Shown here piece after piece: positions 28,346-40,913 of a stretch of 64,000 nt of DNA. Within the stretch, counting starts at the first letter, position 1; each line of letters begins with the position of its first letter. Source of the stretch: Lepidodermella squamata (taxonomy: Eukaryota; Animalia; Gastrotricha); the NCBI GenBank assembly GCA_047495785.1, contig JBLDXI010000007.1:2170001-2234000 (forward strand), written 5' to 3'. Made by a program: the position numbers and the translations under genes. Below the pieces are notes generated by a model that was not told the DNA's origin, made no database searches, and worked only from the letters and a program-made list of their open reading frames with translations.

Positions 28346-28905
28346 GGCAATACTCTGGCGAGGACAAGATGAGTCTGCCGATTCGAATCGCGCAGTTACG
28401 AAGTACAAGTCCGACGTGAAACAACAAGCCCTACTAACAAATACCAAGCCTGCTACGCGCAAATCCTCGATTTCAACCGCAAATCCATCGAAAAATCAGC
28501 CAACGTTACATCGAATTATCATTCCGCCCTATCGTTTCTGAGAGAATCGACGTGTTACAACGGGCTATAGTCTTCTCAGCCATCACCCCGGCCTTAGCGT
28601 CGCTGGTTAAGGACGTTTCTAGTTAAGAGCCCATCGAATGGCTGTTCACATGTTATTGCAATCCATTTACCTCGAATGGCTCCTCCGCCCGGCTGATTTA
28701 GCCCCGTTAGACGCGTTTTTGCTACTGCCTAGAAGTCCCGGTCCCACGACGTGTCGATGGGCGGCCGGTCGGTCAGCCTGGGCGAACGGGCCGTTATCGA
28801 GCATAACCTGCTAGCAGTCAGCCGAATCTACCAAAGCATTAGTTTCGCGCAACTCGGCATCGTGTTACGCGAGGTTTCGCCTGATTTAGCTAAAAACGTG
28901 GCTGT
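28346..28905 (+). pseudogene. COPS4: Decayed COP9 signalosome subunit 4 fragment
   Basis: Frames give KYQACYAQILDFNRK and [25 protein letters not shown], matching recalled CSN4 motifs HYKVCYARVLDYRRK and [25 protein letters not shown]. Frameshifts and deletions present. Confidence 0.8.
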
Positions 28906-29636
28906 TATAAAATCTAAAATCTAAAATCTCTAAATTCTGGGATCTCGGAGTTTTCGCACACAGATTTTTCTCTGATTTTTTGGTCTCGGAATTTTGTAGG
29001 ATTTCAAGCAGCATGACAATATTAATCAATTGATTATTGACAATAATGAAATAATATACGTAAAATATTGATTATATCCGAACCATTGTTTACCGTCGGG
29101 TCTTTTGGATTTTTCCCGCTGAAATTATCCTTTTCTCCGGTGAAATCCTAGATTATAGACATTAGAGAACGCTGCAGTTAATTCAATTGGTGTTTCATTG
29201 GTGTTTATTCAGCAACGTTTAAACGTATACATTATTTTAGATGGCTCTCTGCCGAAATTAGGATGAGAAAATTCGATTTAATTTTCGGGAATAAAATCAA
29301 ATTTTGTCACTTTCTCTACTTGCAACAGCCGCCCTCTCGAGTAATGTTAAGCTGATTTGGATTATCGGTCAATTCTTAAACTATTTCTCTTTCAATGACT
29401 GATTTGAGAGTTTTTTTTAAGAGATTGAAAACAGGTTCGCGAGAAATAATGGCGGCGTAGTTGAGGCGATTCGAATACAAAATTAAATCACGTGGGATGC
29501 TCGTGCCAGGAAGATCGCGCGCCCTTTGTAACATCAAAACATTTTGTTGATACCGAAAATCTCAATAATAATCTCAATTATTTCACAAATTTCTCCTACC
29601 GGCTTAAATTTATTTTTACTGATTTACAAGAATTCG

Positions 29637-32600
29637 ATGTCGCGATATTTTGCGCTTGTTTACACGTTCAGCATGTTCCGCGTGATGTGGAGCATTTTCC
29701 TCCAAAGCGAAGTTACACAAATTTTATTATTCCAAAATACGGACCCGAACGTACCATCGGTTAATTTGACAATGCACGCGAGTACTTTTGATGGCTTTTC
29801 ACCGGGTCAGCCACCTGCAACACCGTGGCCCTTGCCTATCCCATATACATTCAACAATGGGACCTGGTATATTGATCCGCCCGGCAATTCTGACGTCTGT
29901 AAGTTAATCTGTGTTACCATAAATGTATGAAAAAATTGATGTATTGTATGATTGATTAGCTCCGCTTGAGAGACAGGTTTACAAGCAGGCCATAGCTTAC
30001 ATTGAATCAGTTACCTGTTTGCGCTTTGTGGAAAGATCGTCCATCGGTTTGAATGAGCCCAACTCGATCCTCTTCATAGGAAATCTTGGGTGAGTTTTGT
30101 TTCCTAACCTGCGATTCAAAAAAAACCTATCTGCCATTTGTATTGCGCGTATATAGAGATTCAAGCGGCTATCATTCAACTTCTTATCCTTTGAGAGTTG
30201 TCGCAATTAACAGCAAGCCGAAAAGTACGGATTTTATTTACGCAGCAAGTTTCAATCTTTTATTATAACCGTGGTATTATTTGAGTAAAATCATTTGGAT
30301 TATAGGTCCCTGCCGCGATCAGGAAGATTGGCTATGCCCTTGGACTTACATATGAGCTCAGACGGCCAGATCGTGGTCAATACCTCGTTCCTTCTCCTGG
30401 TTACGAGGACATGTTAAAATTCTCAAAGCAAGGAATTTTCTGTTTTATCAGTTTCCCAACCAACCCGGCGCAAACTTACTACAACGCAACGCCCTTCGAC
30501 CATGAGTCGCTCTTCAACCCGGCGATGGGAGGAGTAGATGGGATAAGGCTTCCCAGGATGTACCCGATTGATCGGCGCTACGTGGCTTCTGTGGGTCAGT
30601 CTGCCTGGCTGTCGTTGTTCGACACGATCAAGCTGAACACGCTATACAAGTGCTTTGGTGAGCAAACTATTTTCTCAATATCATAAATCGATATTGTAGC
30701 CTGTAATTTCTAATTTCTAAAATCGTAGAGCACAATACTTACAGCTTGTCCCAAAGAAGTTGTACAGCCATTTGACCGTTAACAATGAAAAATGGGGTTT
30801 GGCGACATTTTTTGTCATTGTAAGATTTTTAGCGCTAAAATCTTAGGTGAGGAATCTTGCTAGATGTTCGAAAATTCCAAAATATTCGGCCACCTCATCC
30901 AGGTACACTATTAGCATAAGTTTGGTATCGTTTGATTCGTCTTAAAAAGTTCAATTTAAAAACCGCCTTTTCTGCTTCACCTGTGAGCTTTTCCTTGGCG
31001 ACGTGATGCTTGAAACTCTGGTGTTTATAGTACCGGAGAGGGGTACAATTTTGAGAGTTAAAGTCGCTCTAGGGTGCCATAAATCTGCATAGAAACTCCC
31101 TAATACAACTCCCTGGTTTGCTTGGCGTGAACAAAATCTACGTCACGCTCGGCGAATCGGGTAATCAGAGATTTTTATTTTATCATTTTTCTTCGTCTCT
31201 GTACACGTACTCAATTTTTATTTTTATGTTTTTGTTGATTAATGAATGGAAAGATAAAATAAAGAAAATACTATGATATGCTAATAACTGAGCCAACCTC
31301 ATAATTTAAAAATAAATGCGCAAGTGATACAAAATTTATCTAAATTTAATGCTCAAATGGGATGTGCGCAAGTGGGGGTAGTTCTCATTGTTTGCGTTAC
31401 TTATAATTATGGGACACGCTGTATTATACGCAAAATGAATGTCTCGGTGTATTATTTTGACAGACTCAGCTCCGTGCAAAAACCCGACAATCACATGCAA
31501 AAATGGGGGTTATCCTAATCCGAGCGTCAACTGCACAAAATGCTTGTGCCCGCCTGGCCTTGGCGGCGATTTTTGCGACATTTCATACCCGACGGATCCG
31601 GCAAACGGCTGTGTCGGCGAAATTTACGTCCCGCCTTGTACTACAATTGATATTGCTAGCCCTAGCAATCAAAATTCGAGCTGTTCATGGATTGTTAAAA
31701 CAGTAGGAATATTTTCCGTGTCAAACTTACTGCTACTTTTCGCTGCTAGGGTAACACAAGCGGACTAGTGTTTGGTCTCCCCGAACGGCCAGGAGGACTG
31801 GAATATTTATGTCAGTGATTGTACCTGCTTTACTTGAAACAACCACGCATAATATTTTCTAGATGGTTTAGATTGTCTGAACTTTATTCTCATCCGAGAT
31901 CTAGGACCCGAGGGTTATCCTGGATTCAGGTAACGTTGGCTGCGACAGAGCGACGTGCAGTTGAAGCTTTGCATTGCCAAATTTAGGTTCTGCGTGGTCA
32001 CCCCATTTTCCGGACGCGCTTTCATGACAAACAAGAATCAAGTCCTGGTGTACTTCAACCTCCCTAAACCAGGCGGGAGCGCCACAGTCACAGTTTACGC
32101 AACTTGTCCAGGCGTAAAAGCGACCGAACTGAACCGGGAATGCGCAATCACGAAGAACTTGGTCGACTACGAAGGCTCGCTTTCGAAAACAACAACGGGC
32201 GAAACTTGTTCACGGTGGAATACCACGAATTCAGTTCAATTCTTTATGGTACCGAGAGGCGATTTCGATGCTGCTGGAAATGCGTGCAGAAGTTCAGGTT
32301 ACACTGGTTTGCAGTGCCTGGATTCTAGTGGCGCCTTTGCCGAATGCCAAGGCGTTGACAGCGTCAAAAGCTGTAGTAAGTTGAGGACACGATTTCTTTC
32401 TTTCAACTTTTGCTGTAAGACCTGCAACGCAGACGCGGCATTCTTCCGCAGCAAATCGGCTTCATATAGCAACATAATTCAATAATCACTAAAGTTTCGG
32501 TACAAATCTCTTTTTTGCGGTAATTATTTTACCGCGGAGCGCTACAATAATTCGCGTGGGTTTGTACCAGCGAATCGAGAGTTATTCCGCATTCGCAAAA

Positions 32601-33803
32601 TGTTTGAAAATATCAGAAAAACGATTTTTCTATCAAAATTGAGCCAGAAAATGTGTTGTTTCCAAAATTAGAAAGGCAATTCAAAGTTGAGTTATGTATT
32701 AAGTTAAGTTCTAATTAAGTTATGTATAAAACATTATTAAAATTTAAAACTAAAATTATTTAAAAATTATTATGGGAAAATCGTACGGCAATACCAAATT
32801 TCGTTTAATTAAATACCTAACCAATTTTTATTCGGTTATTAAACGGGTTAGGGTTAGGGATTTTACCAAGTTCGAAATTAGGGCCCTTCCTATTCACATA
32901 TGATCATTTTCAAGTGGCTTTTTGTTTTCAATCCAAAATCTAGTCCGCTGGGATTTCTTCAACGTTTCTAGCTCGAATTGTTTCGGTTGCTTGATCAAGA
33001 GGTTCAGTTCGCATTTCGAAAAGTATGACAGGAATTTTTCTTCAGGCAATTGTTGTTCGAAACCGAGGGCTTGTCTGTTCTTTACACAAGTATATCTATT
33101 CCAATTCGAAAAATCTACTTTCATCTGCTGATATGAATATATTTATTCGCTAGCTAAATTGGTTTATCGATGCATCAATACGAAAACTGGGCAATTCGAA
33201 GCTTGTAGGCCGTACTGCCGTGAAGGCGAAACTCCGTTCAAGGAATGGAAAGCTCGTTACACGGACACCTGTGACAAAGGCGTGAGTTCTTTTTCTAATT
33301 GCTAGCAAAGCCTACCTAGTTTCATTTTGCAGAACGTGAGAAAATGCGTCAGCGGCTCAACTTTCCGATGCATTGCTGGCGACCAAGGCTGCCTGGCAAA
33401 TGAGACAAAAATCGTAAGGAAATTTTATCTGAAAATCAAACTTTATCGCTTTGCAACAATTTCTTAGTCGCCGCTGTACAATGGTTTCGCGTATTTTGGT
33501 CGCAATCTCCTCGCCTGCAACCATCGAGCTGACCTTAATTGGGTATGTCACGTACTAAATTTCGGAATTGCCCTAATATTTTACGGTTTCGCGCTTGCAG
33601 AAATACGTTCGCTGCTATCGGAATGCTCCAAACAAGCCGTTTGTCGATTGCCGACGCGCCGATTTCGGCTGCCGCGCGCCATCCGAGGTTGTTTTTGCCG
33701 CGGTGAAGGCTGAAGACTAAACTAGAAACTTTTATAATTTCAGGTCTCCGATGGCCAGTCACCGCCGTACTCGGATCCTAACCAATGCTACCAAGGTGTT
33801 TAG
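29637..33803 (+). CDS. Copy D: pseudo-astacin/EGF/CUB/kringle protein, 14 exons, apparently intact
   Basis: Colinear with A. Motif RKIGYALGLTYELRRPDRGQY; GC donor at intron 3; 39-nt intron 4 (30413-30451); introns 5 and 9 enlarged by repeat insertions. Confidence 0.83.
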
Positions 33804-35020
33804 CTAAAACGCGGAACTTTGCTTAAATCCAAGTCGCGGACCTGCTCATCCTAATTTACTTTGATGAAAATGTTTGAGAAACTTGCATTATAAATAATAT
33901 AATTCTCAAGTTTTGATCGCCTGTTATTATCTATATTTTTGCTCAAAGACTATTCCACTATTTAGAAATTGGTAGGCCATATGTATTGGTATAAGCTTAA
34001 AAAGTGAATTTTGATGCATGCGATTTTTTTCTTCCCGGACTTAAACCATAAATAAATTAATACAAGGAGGTTGCATACAGCCCAGACAAATTTCAATCGG
34101 AAATAGTTTTCTTTCTCGCTATAGCATACCGACTAGCGATTGAGACGATCACGCGCTTTGAGCGTAAAAATTCCTGATATTTTTTCAACGCTTTAGATTT
34201 GTAGCGGAAGGCTTTTAATTTTACAGTTTGCTTTTCGGAAAACCGAATTTTAAACAGATTCAAATTCCGCATTCAAATAATTATTATATAAAAAAACAGC
34301 TAATTTGCCTTACTTTTGAGATCCAGGAGTGACTGGCAATATGTCCATGACTGTCGGTTATTTATCTGCATTGACTGGAATTTCCTGAATTAATAATTTT
34401 CGTTGTTGTATTCGTTTATTCATGCAAATCCATCTATTTTCATTCATTTTGGGGATGAATTCATGAGACACCCTGAGTCTCGATAAGGATTTATTCCCGT
34501 GCCCCCGAAAAACTTTCCCCGAAAACGGATTAGCTGAAACATTTTCCTCGAAAACAGTTAACCCGAAAATCGACTGAAATGTGTTGAAACAGCGATGACA
34601 CACGGCTTGTCCTTACAGACTATCGGTTTAAATCTTAAATGTTAACAGAAGGCGCGACAGACACACTTTAACTCGCCACTTACTACTACATCGCCATTTG
34701 AGATCAGTTAATAATTTGATACTACCTATGCAAGTTTTTGACCAAGAAATGAGGCCGAACGTCATTTTGGAAAGCGGAAGGATTTTATGAAAAGCCATGG
34801 ATGGATGGTGGCGGGTAGTCGTAGAAAGCCGTGGAAAGCGATGGAAACCCGCGGGCGGTTTCAATGGAAAGTCGTGCAATCGCGTGCGCGAGCGGTTGCG
34901 AAACCAAATCGCGACCGAAAGCCGTGTAAAGCGCGAGTGAGTGCGTGGAATTGTGTGAGCTATACTTAACCACGAGCAGGAGAAAAGTCGATTTCAACGG
35001 TTTCCGCGTCGATTTAAATA

Positions 35021-35480
35021 CAGGGTGTTCAAGAAATAATAGCCAGGCTATTTTTAGCGTTGGACTTTAGCCAGACACCACGCGAGCAAGTTGTCAAGCT
35101 GGACCCTGAACCATCTAGCCCAACTCAACCCACCGATTTCAGTTTTCAGTATCGCGTGTCTAAATAGACGGAAAATAGAATAAATGAAAAAATATCTCTC
35201 AATTCGGTTTTTGAATATATTTTAATCTGATGAAATTCATTCATTCAAATCCAACTTTCATTTGGTGCTTTGCTATTTTACTCAGCACTCAGCTCAATAC
35301 CTCGTTTTACTTTTCTGGATGACATTAATTAAAACCTTCTGGATGACATTAATTAAATTAAATTAAATTACATTAAATTCTGACTTAATCCGCGAACAAT
35401 GGTGAACACAGTGGCTGAGTAATTTCAGAACTCGGGCGGAAATAACTACAAGTGGGTAATAATATTTCTTGAACACCCTG
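35021..35480. mobile_element. Tc1/mariner-type MITE, TA TSD
   Basis: TA|CAGGGTGTTCAAGAAATA ... TATTTCTTGAACACCCTG|TA. Confidence 0.8.
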
Positions 35481-35519
35481 TACAATGGCGCACTGAGAAC
35501 AATAGCGGGTCATTGTTGT

Positions 35520-36252
35520 GGTTTACGCATCATTTTTATTCCCGTTTCCGCCCATTCGTGATTTCCCAAAATATTTTACGAATTAAACAACATTTTCATC
35601 GAATGCGCCGCTTTATTACGAATCTACCAGTATATTATTTGTTATCCGATTTCCGATTTTTTCAATACAATATAAACGTATTTTCAGGAAAAACACCGGC
35701 CGCTTACAAATGCTCAACTTGAACAAACAGTAAATTAATCGGCGGTGAGAAGACGATTATTGTGGCGCGCTCGGTCGGCGTCGCTCAAAAACGAGTAACT
35801 GCGACACATTTTGCAGCGACCAAATTGAGGAGGACAAGGATTTGTTGCCTCAACTGACGCCCGCCGTGCCGTCTTTTCGCGCAGCTGCTCGAATTTCTGG
35901 TAGTGGCCGGGTCGTGCTCCGGATCAGGCAAGCCTTGACTGACCAGGTGCTGATGCAACTCCGACGTGTGCTGATGCAACTCCGTTGTTTGCTCGGCTTT
36001 TTTTCATTCACGAAGTCGAGCTCTTCCTGGGTGACGAGAAATTCGTCGAGACATACGGGCGTTTTTCAGTTAGGTGTTTGATGGTGACTTGTGTCGTTTT
36101 GAGGTTGCTGAGCGTGGTTACCGTGTCAAGCGCGGCATTCGCAGCCATTTCGCGCCTTTTCCGCTCATCATTGGGATAGATCTCGCGCCAGATGTCTGGA
36201 TGAACAGTTGTCTGGCCGATGTAGCCCTCGTTGACTCGCGACCACACGCGCT
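35520..36252 (-). mobile_element. Degenerate transposon fragment, related to 54660-55420
   Basis: Shares long stretches with 54660-55420; minus-strand exon-like RVWSRVNEGYIGQTT after a TTTTAG acceptor. Confidence 0.4.
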
Positions 36253-36366
36253 AAAAAGATCAAAAATATATTTATTACTTATTTAACACACTCGGTTATA
36301 TTTTGGTCTCGGTTGTCGGGTCTCAGTTGTCGTAGAACCAATAACCAATTCGAAAAACTGGTTTTA

Positions 36367-36925
36367 CGACAACTGAGACCCGACAACCGAGAAAACGACA
36401 ACTGAGACCGGACAACCGAGACCAAAATATAAATAAATAATTTTATTTTCGCTAACCGAGACACCGACAACCGAGACCAAATAATTCGATTTAATAATTA
36501 ATTAAATCTCGGACAACCGAGACTCCGACAACCGAGACACCGACAACTGAGACCAAATAATTATAATAAATTAAATTTTTAATAAAAGCCTAAATTGAAG
36601 CCGAATATTGAGCATATTCAGCATATTGAGACCCCAATCCAGCCCTAACCCTAACCCTAACCCTAACCCTAACCCTAAAACGTAAAGTATATGTGAGTAA
36701 GCCATTCCTTTGTAAATTTAATTTATTATAATTATTTGGTCTCAGTTGTCGGTGTCTCGGTTGTCGGAGTCTCGGTTGTCCGAGATTTAATTAATTATTA
36801 AATCGAATTATTTGGTCTCGGTTGTCGGTGTCTCGGTTAGCGAAAATAAAATTATTTATTTATATTTTGGTCTCGGTTGTCCGGTCTCAGTTGTCGTTTT
36901 CTCGGTTGTCGGGTCTCAGTTGTCG
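36367..36925. repeat. Foldback element: 212-bp inverted arms around (CCCTAA)6
   Basis: 36367-36578 is the reverse complement of 36714-36925; arms are built of CGACAAC(C/T)GAGAC subrepeats; (CCCTAA)6 at 36643-36678. Confidence 0.85.
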
Positions 36926-37246
36926 GAGTACGTTCGAGGTTCATACGAGAAGCGAGAAAAAAATCAGGCTCGAACTGCACTTAAATCACATATTTAAAAG
37001 TTTGCATCTGCAAACACGATAAAATTTAGAAATAAAATTATTTTATTTTTTTTTTTTTAATTGTGACGAAAATTTAACAGCTAAAATTTGATAAAAAATC
37101 AAGTTAAATTTAAAAAAACGTGTCAGGTTTTCGATTTGTTACTGTTGCGTCACAATATGTGAACTTTGGACTCATTTTGAATTTTAAAGAGGACTTTCAA
37201 TCGAGTTATTCATTTTCGAAAAGCAAGCGAAAATGAAGCTCTTTAA

Positions 37247-37877
37247 CCCTTTAGCTACCATCACGTCGTAACACGTGATCCGGGTATCTGTTACCGGTCC
37301 GGTCAAACATGCACTTCTTTGCACAACATGAACAAACACGTTACACTTGGCCTGTGTTCACCCTAAAGGTCATCTGTTAACCCCGTTATTTATTCGAAAA
37401 ATGGGTCCAAAGGTCACTCGCAAAACATGTGTCAAGTTTAGGCCTCTTTTACAAAATTTATAGAAAATCAAGGTGAGCTCATAAATTGATGAAAAAATAC
37501 AGGTAGCCGCGGGATACTGATATATAGCCCCAAGATTTTCCCCGGAATTTTCAGAGTTCACCTTGATTTTTGAAAAAATTCTGAAAATCGGCCTCGATTA
37601 CTCACGGTTGACAAACAAGTGATTTGTGGTAGCTACCAAGGTGTTGGAAACCCATTTATCACTTGATAAGCAATAAGTATAACGTGTTCATATTTTGCAC
37701 GATTTTACGCGTTAACACGGGTTGGTTGGCAATATTCTCGAGCTTTTGGTTTTCAAAACTTTTCACCGCCAAAAGTGAGTAAACTCGGATCTAGAGACGT
37801 GTTTATACATTTTTTGGAAACAAATATCACGAGTTAATACATTCGGTCTAACACGAGTCGGTCCGTTAGCTAAAGGG
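37247..37877. mobile_element. piggyBac-type MITE, TTAA TSD
   Basis: TTAA|CCCTTTAGCTA ... TAGCTAAAGGG|TTAA; an extra inverted copy of its left end lies at ~38080-38135. Confidence 0.75.
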
Positions 37878-38360
37878 TTAAGGCTATTAAATATTTCACC
37901 TGTGGGAGAAGTATCGATTATCGATTTATCAATTTCCTACCATCAATTTTGGGATTTTCACCATCAAGATTGAGCTTTCTCGAGCGAAACGGAAACCGCC
38001 ATTTGGCAGAGATGCTCTTCAAGACAGTGGCATCAACCAGTAACCACCGGACACCCAGGTTGAAGCGTCCCAGGGCCGAACCGGTAACAGATACCCGGAT
38101 CACGTGTGTTACGACGTGATGGTAGCTAAAAGGTTAGGGTAAAGTGTGCCGTCGAAAATTCACGTCACAATGCTGGTCGAACCTGAAAGCCTTTATTACA
38201 TCATACGCAGATTTTGAAATAATGGCTAAGTTGAGATAATATGAATTTTTTCTTAAGGAATTACGCTAAATAAATTAAAATCTTGGACCAAAATTATTTC
38301 TATCTTTAAGGAGAAAATTATTTTTAAGGTCTTAAATAGCTTCGATCACTACACCCATCA

Positions 38361-40267
38361 GGGTCTATTTCATCTGCTCTCAGAAAAAGGATTATGAATT
38401 ATTTTTGAGTGAAATACGATTTTGTAATTATTTTTATTCACTCAAAAATAAAAACAGATGCCAGCCCGCATTGTACTCCCTAATCAACTCGCCAGTTTGC
38501 GCATCTAAGTGTTCAAAGTCCGCGTCTCTTTTGCGTCCGACTGCTATTTTAGGAGACGAGCTGAGAGAAAGACGACGCTTCCACCCGACCACTACGCGTC
38601 GTTTGGGCGCTTATCGTCTCTTTCTCGTCTCCAGCGAACATAGAGTGAACGGTTCTAACTTCGGACAGTGCCTCAAATTCGGACAGGGTAGTGTGCCTAA
38701 CTTCGGACGTCCGAAATTAGAGCTCTCGCGCTGCCAAGTTTGCGGCGATTGAAAAAACCAAAGTTTAACTGTTTACGCGCTCAATTTTGTGACGCAACAA
38801 TGGTTGATGAATCAAAACTGAAAAATTGAAATTTATATTTTTAATTTTTATTGATGTTCATTCTAGCTATTGCTTTTAGCTTTGAAAATTCACCTGAAAT
38901 CAAGATACTAATGATGCAAAATGATAGGTACAAAGGGGATTACTTAATTCAGTGATTCTCAAGCCACGATTTTCCCGTCGCTTTTTCGCGGTTAGCCTCG
39001 TTCTTTGCGGTTAGCAGAGGTCCGCGTGTTTATCACTTGCATTTCGCGCGCGTTTTGACTTCAAGAAGCATTTGAATATGAAAATCGCTATATTACCTAT
39101 TTCATATTTCATATAGTTCATATTTTATTATTCATATTTTATAATTTCATAATTCTAAAGCTTTTTTTGGTCATTTTTCACTCGGCCGCTCGAACAAACA
39201 TTCTTAATGCGATTTCGGCGTTTTCAGTTTGATCGATACTGATGCCCTCCCTGAACCTAGGATTTGTTATTTTAGCTACCTGGTGCCCTAAGCTGCGTAG
39301 AAAACTATCGATGTTGGGTTCCACAACGGGTGATATCGGTAAAATCACTGATTTTTTAAATCGATACTTGGAATCGATATCAGCTCTGCAGGCTTAAGTA
39401 TAACTCGTAAACGGACCGCTTATAGCGCAAAATACTCGTAATATGACGATCTATCGGTTAGGCATGATAAGAGGAAAATTTAGATTCTAGTGAAGACTTG
39501 AAACCCGAAAACCCATATTTAGTGGAAATCTAGGGCCGGAGTCTCAAAATTAGTGCTGGAACCCTAATTTAAGGTGCACACTTGCCACTCCCATTGTTAT
39601 CTAGTTCTTTGTCTCAAGGAAATCTAGTCAAAATACGCTAAATTGTTCATGAATTTTTTCAAATTTAAATATTTTTTATCGATGCTATGTGATCTTTTTT
39701 AAAGCTGCAAACCAGATATTCCTCATCGCCTAGTAGAGGGCTTTCGAATGACTCCAAATTCAAGGTGAATGTGATTTACCTTGATGTGTCCGAAATTAGG
39801 GCACTTAGGGCCCTAACTTCGGACAGCGCCATGATGGCTGAACAATTAACAGGAAATCAAGGTAAATAGATGGAAAAATTTGGAAAATTGCTACAGGTAG
39901 CCAGATAGCCAGGCCACAGGTTTGCCACTTGGCACTTTCCCCCATTTCATTCCCACAGAAGCCGAGAATTCTTTGACTGTTTCGTGTCCGAAGTTAGAAC
40001 CGTTCACTCTACCAGATGACGTTTCCAGCATTTTTCTTTTTTTCGTAGCGTGCGGCATGCGAGAACCGTTACTGCGAAAAAATGAAATATTCTAATCCCT
40101 GGATTGTTCAACAATTTTTAAGTGCTTCTTATCCTCCTTAGCCACCAGCTGAAATAACAAATTGTTTATTTTTGAGATCATCCTTTTCTCCGTTATACGC
40201 TGAAAATAAAATAAAATGGAATTTCACAATGAGAAATCATTTTTCCGAGAGCAGATGAAATAGACCC
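38361..40267. mobile_element. TIR element (possibly PIF/Harbinger-like) with nested MITE, at the duplication breakpoint
   Basis: GGGTCTATTTCATCTGCTCTCAGAAAA ... TTTTCCGAGAGCAGATGAAATAGACCC; flanks TCA and TTA. Confidence 0.65.
38641..40011. mobile_element. Nested MITE with 27-bp perfect inverted ends
   Basis: TAGAGTGAACGGTTCTAACTTCGGACA ... TGTCCGAAGTTAGAACCGTTCACTCTA. Confidence 0.8.
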
Positions 40268-40615
40268 TTAGTGAAAATTCAAGATTAATAATTAAGAAAA
40301 ATTAAGATGAATGACAAAATAATACCCGCAAAGCGAATTGGAAATAAATTTATTATTACTGGGCGTGGGTGTCATATATTAATTTAATAAAATTTCGACA
40401 AAATTTAATTAAAAATTATAGAAATTTCTCGAATTATTTTAATATTAACTACTGAAAAATCAAGGGGCTCCAATAAATTTCCGATTTCCGATACTCGCAG
40501 CGACGTGACTCGAAGTTCCAAAATGCCAAGAAAACTTGCAAGTTAAGAATCGAATCAACCTGATTTTTTCCTATCATCAAGTAATTGATCTTTATTTTTA
40601 TGCAATTTCAGCCGC

Positions 40616-40913
40616 TGCTTGGGTGGTTTGCACCCAGAGGTAGACCTCGAACCAGGTGGATCAACAGAGTGCATAATAGAAGCCTAATTAAAGCAGGTCC
40701 TACGAAGGAAATTTGCCGGAAAAGAAAACCAATATTAAAAAAAGTGTCAAGGATAAGAAAAATAAAACCAATAAAAAACAAGAAAATAGGAAAAATCCCG
40801 GCGAAAAGGATTTTGAGAACAAATTATTTCCACTTTCCAACTAGCGGAATCGGTTTCATTTGAAAAAAGATGAATGGCGCATGGTTGTCATCTCGATTGG
40901 AAATTAAGAATTA
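40616..40913 (+). mobile_element. 5'-truncated RTE-clade non-LTR retrotransposon 3' end
   Basis: 9-bp TSD TTCAGCCGC (40607-40615, 40914-40922); empty site in the duplicated segment at ~25513; encodes LLGWFAPRGRPRTRWINRV, the RGRPxxRW motif of RTE ORF2 C-termini. Confidence 0.7.

Larger units (their letters stand above)
25181..34290 (+). repeat. Segmental duplication unit containing copy D; second copy at ~40268-50235 (copy E)
   Basis: 25181-29520 matches 40268-45190 and 31150-34290 matches 47490-50235 (for example, duplicated ORFs MNHAYLELG... at 25765 and 41175). Confidence 0.85.

Noticed and set aside
36367-36925. CRISPR-like array or true telomere
   Set aside because: Eukaryotic context; subrepeats lack unique spacers and form inverted arms; only six internal CCCTAA units.
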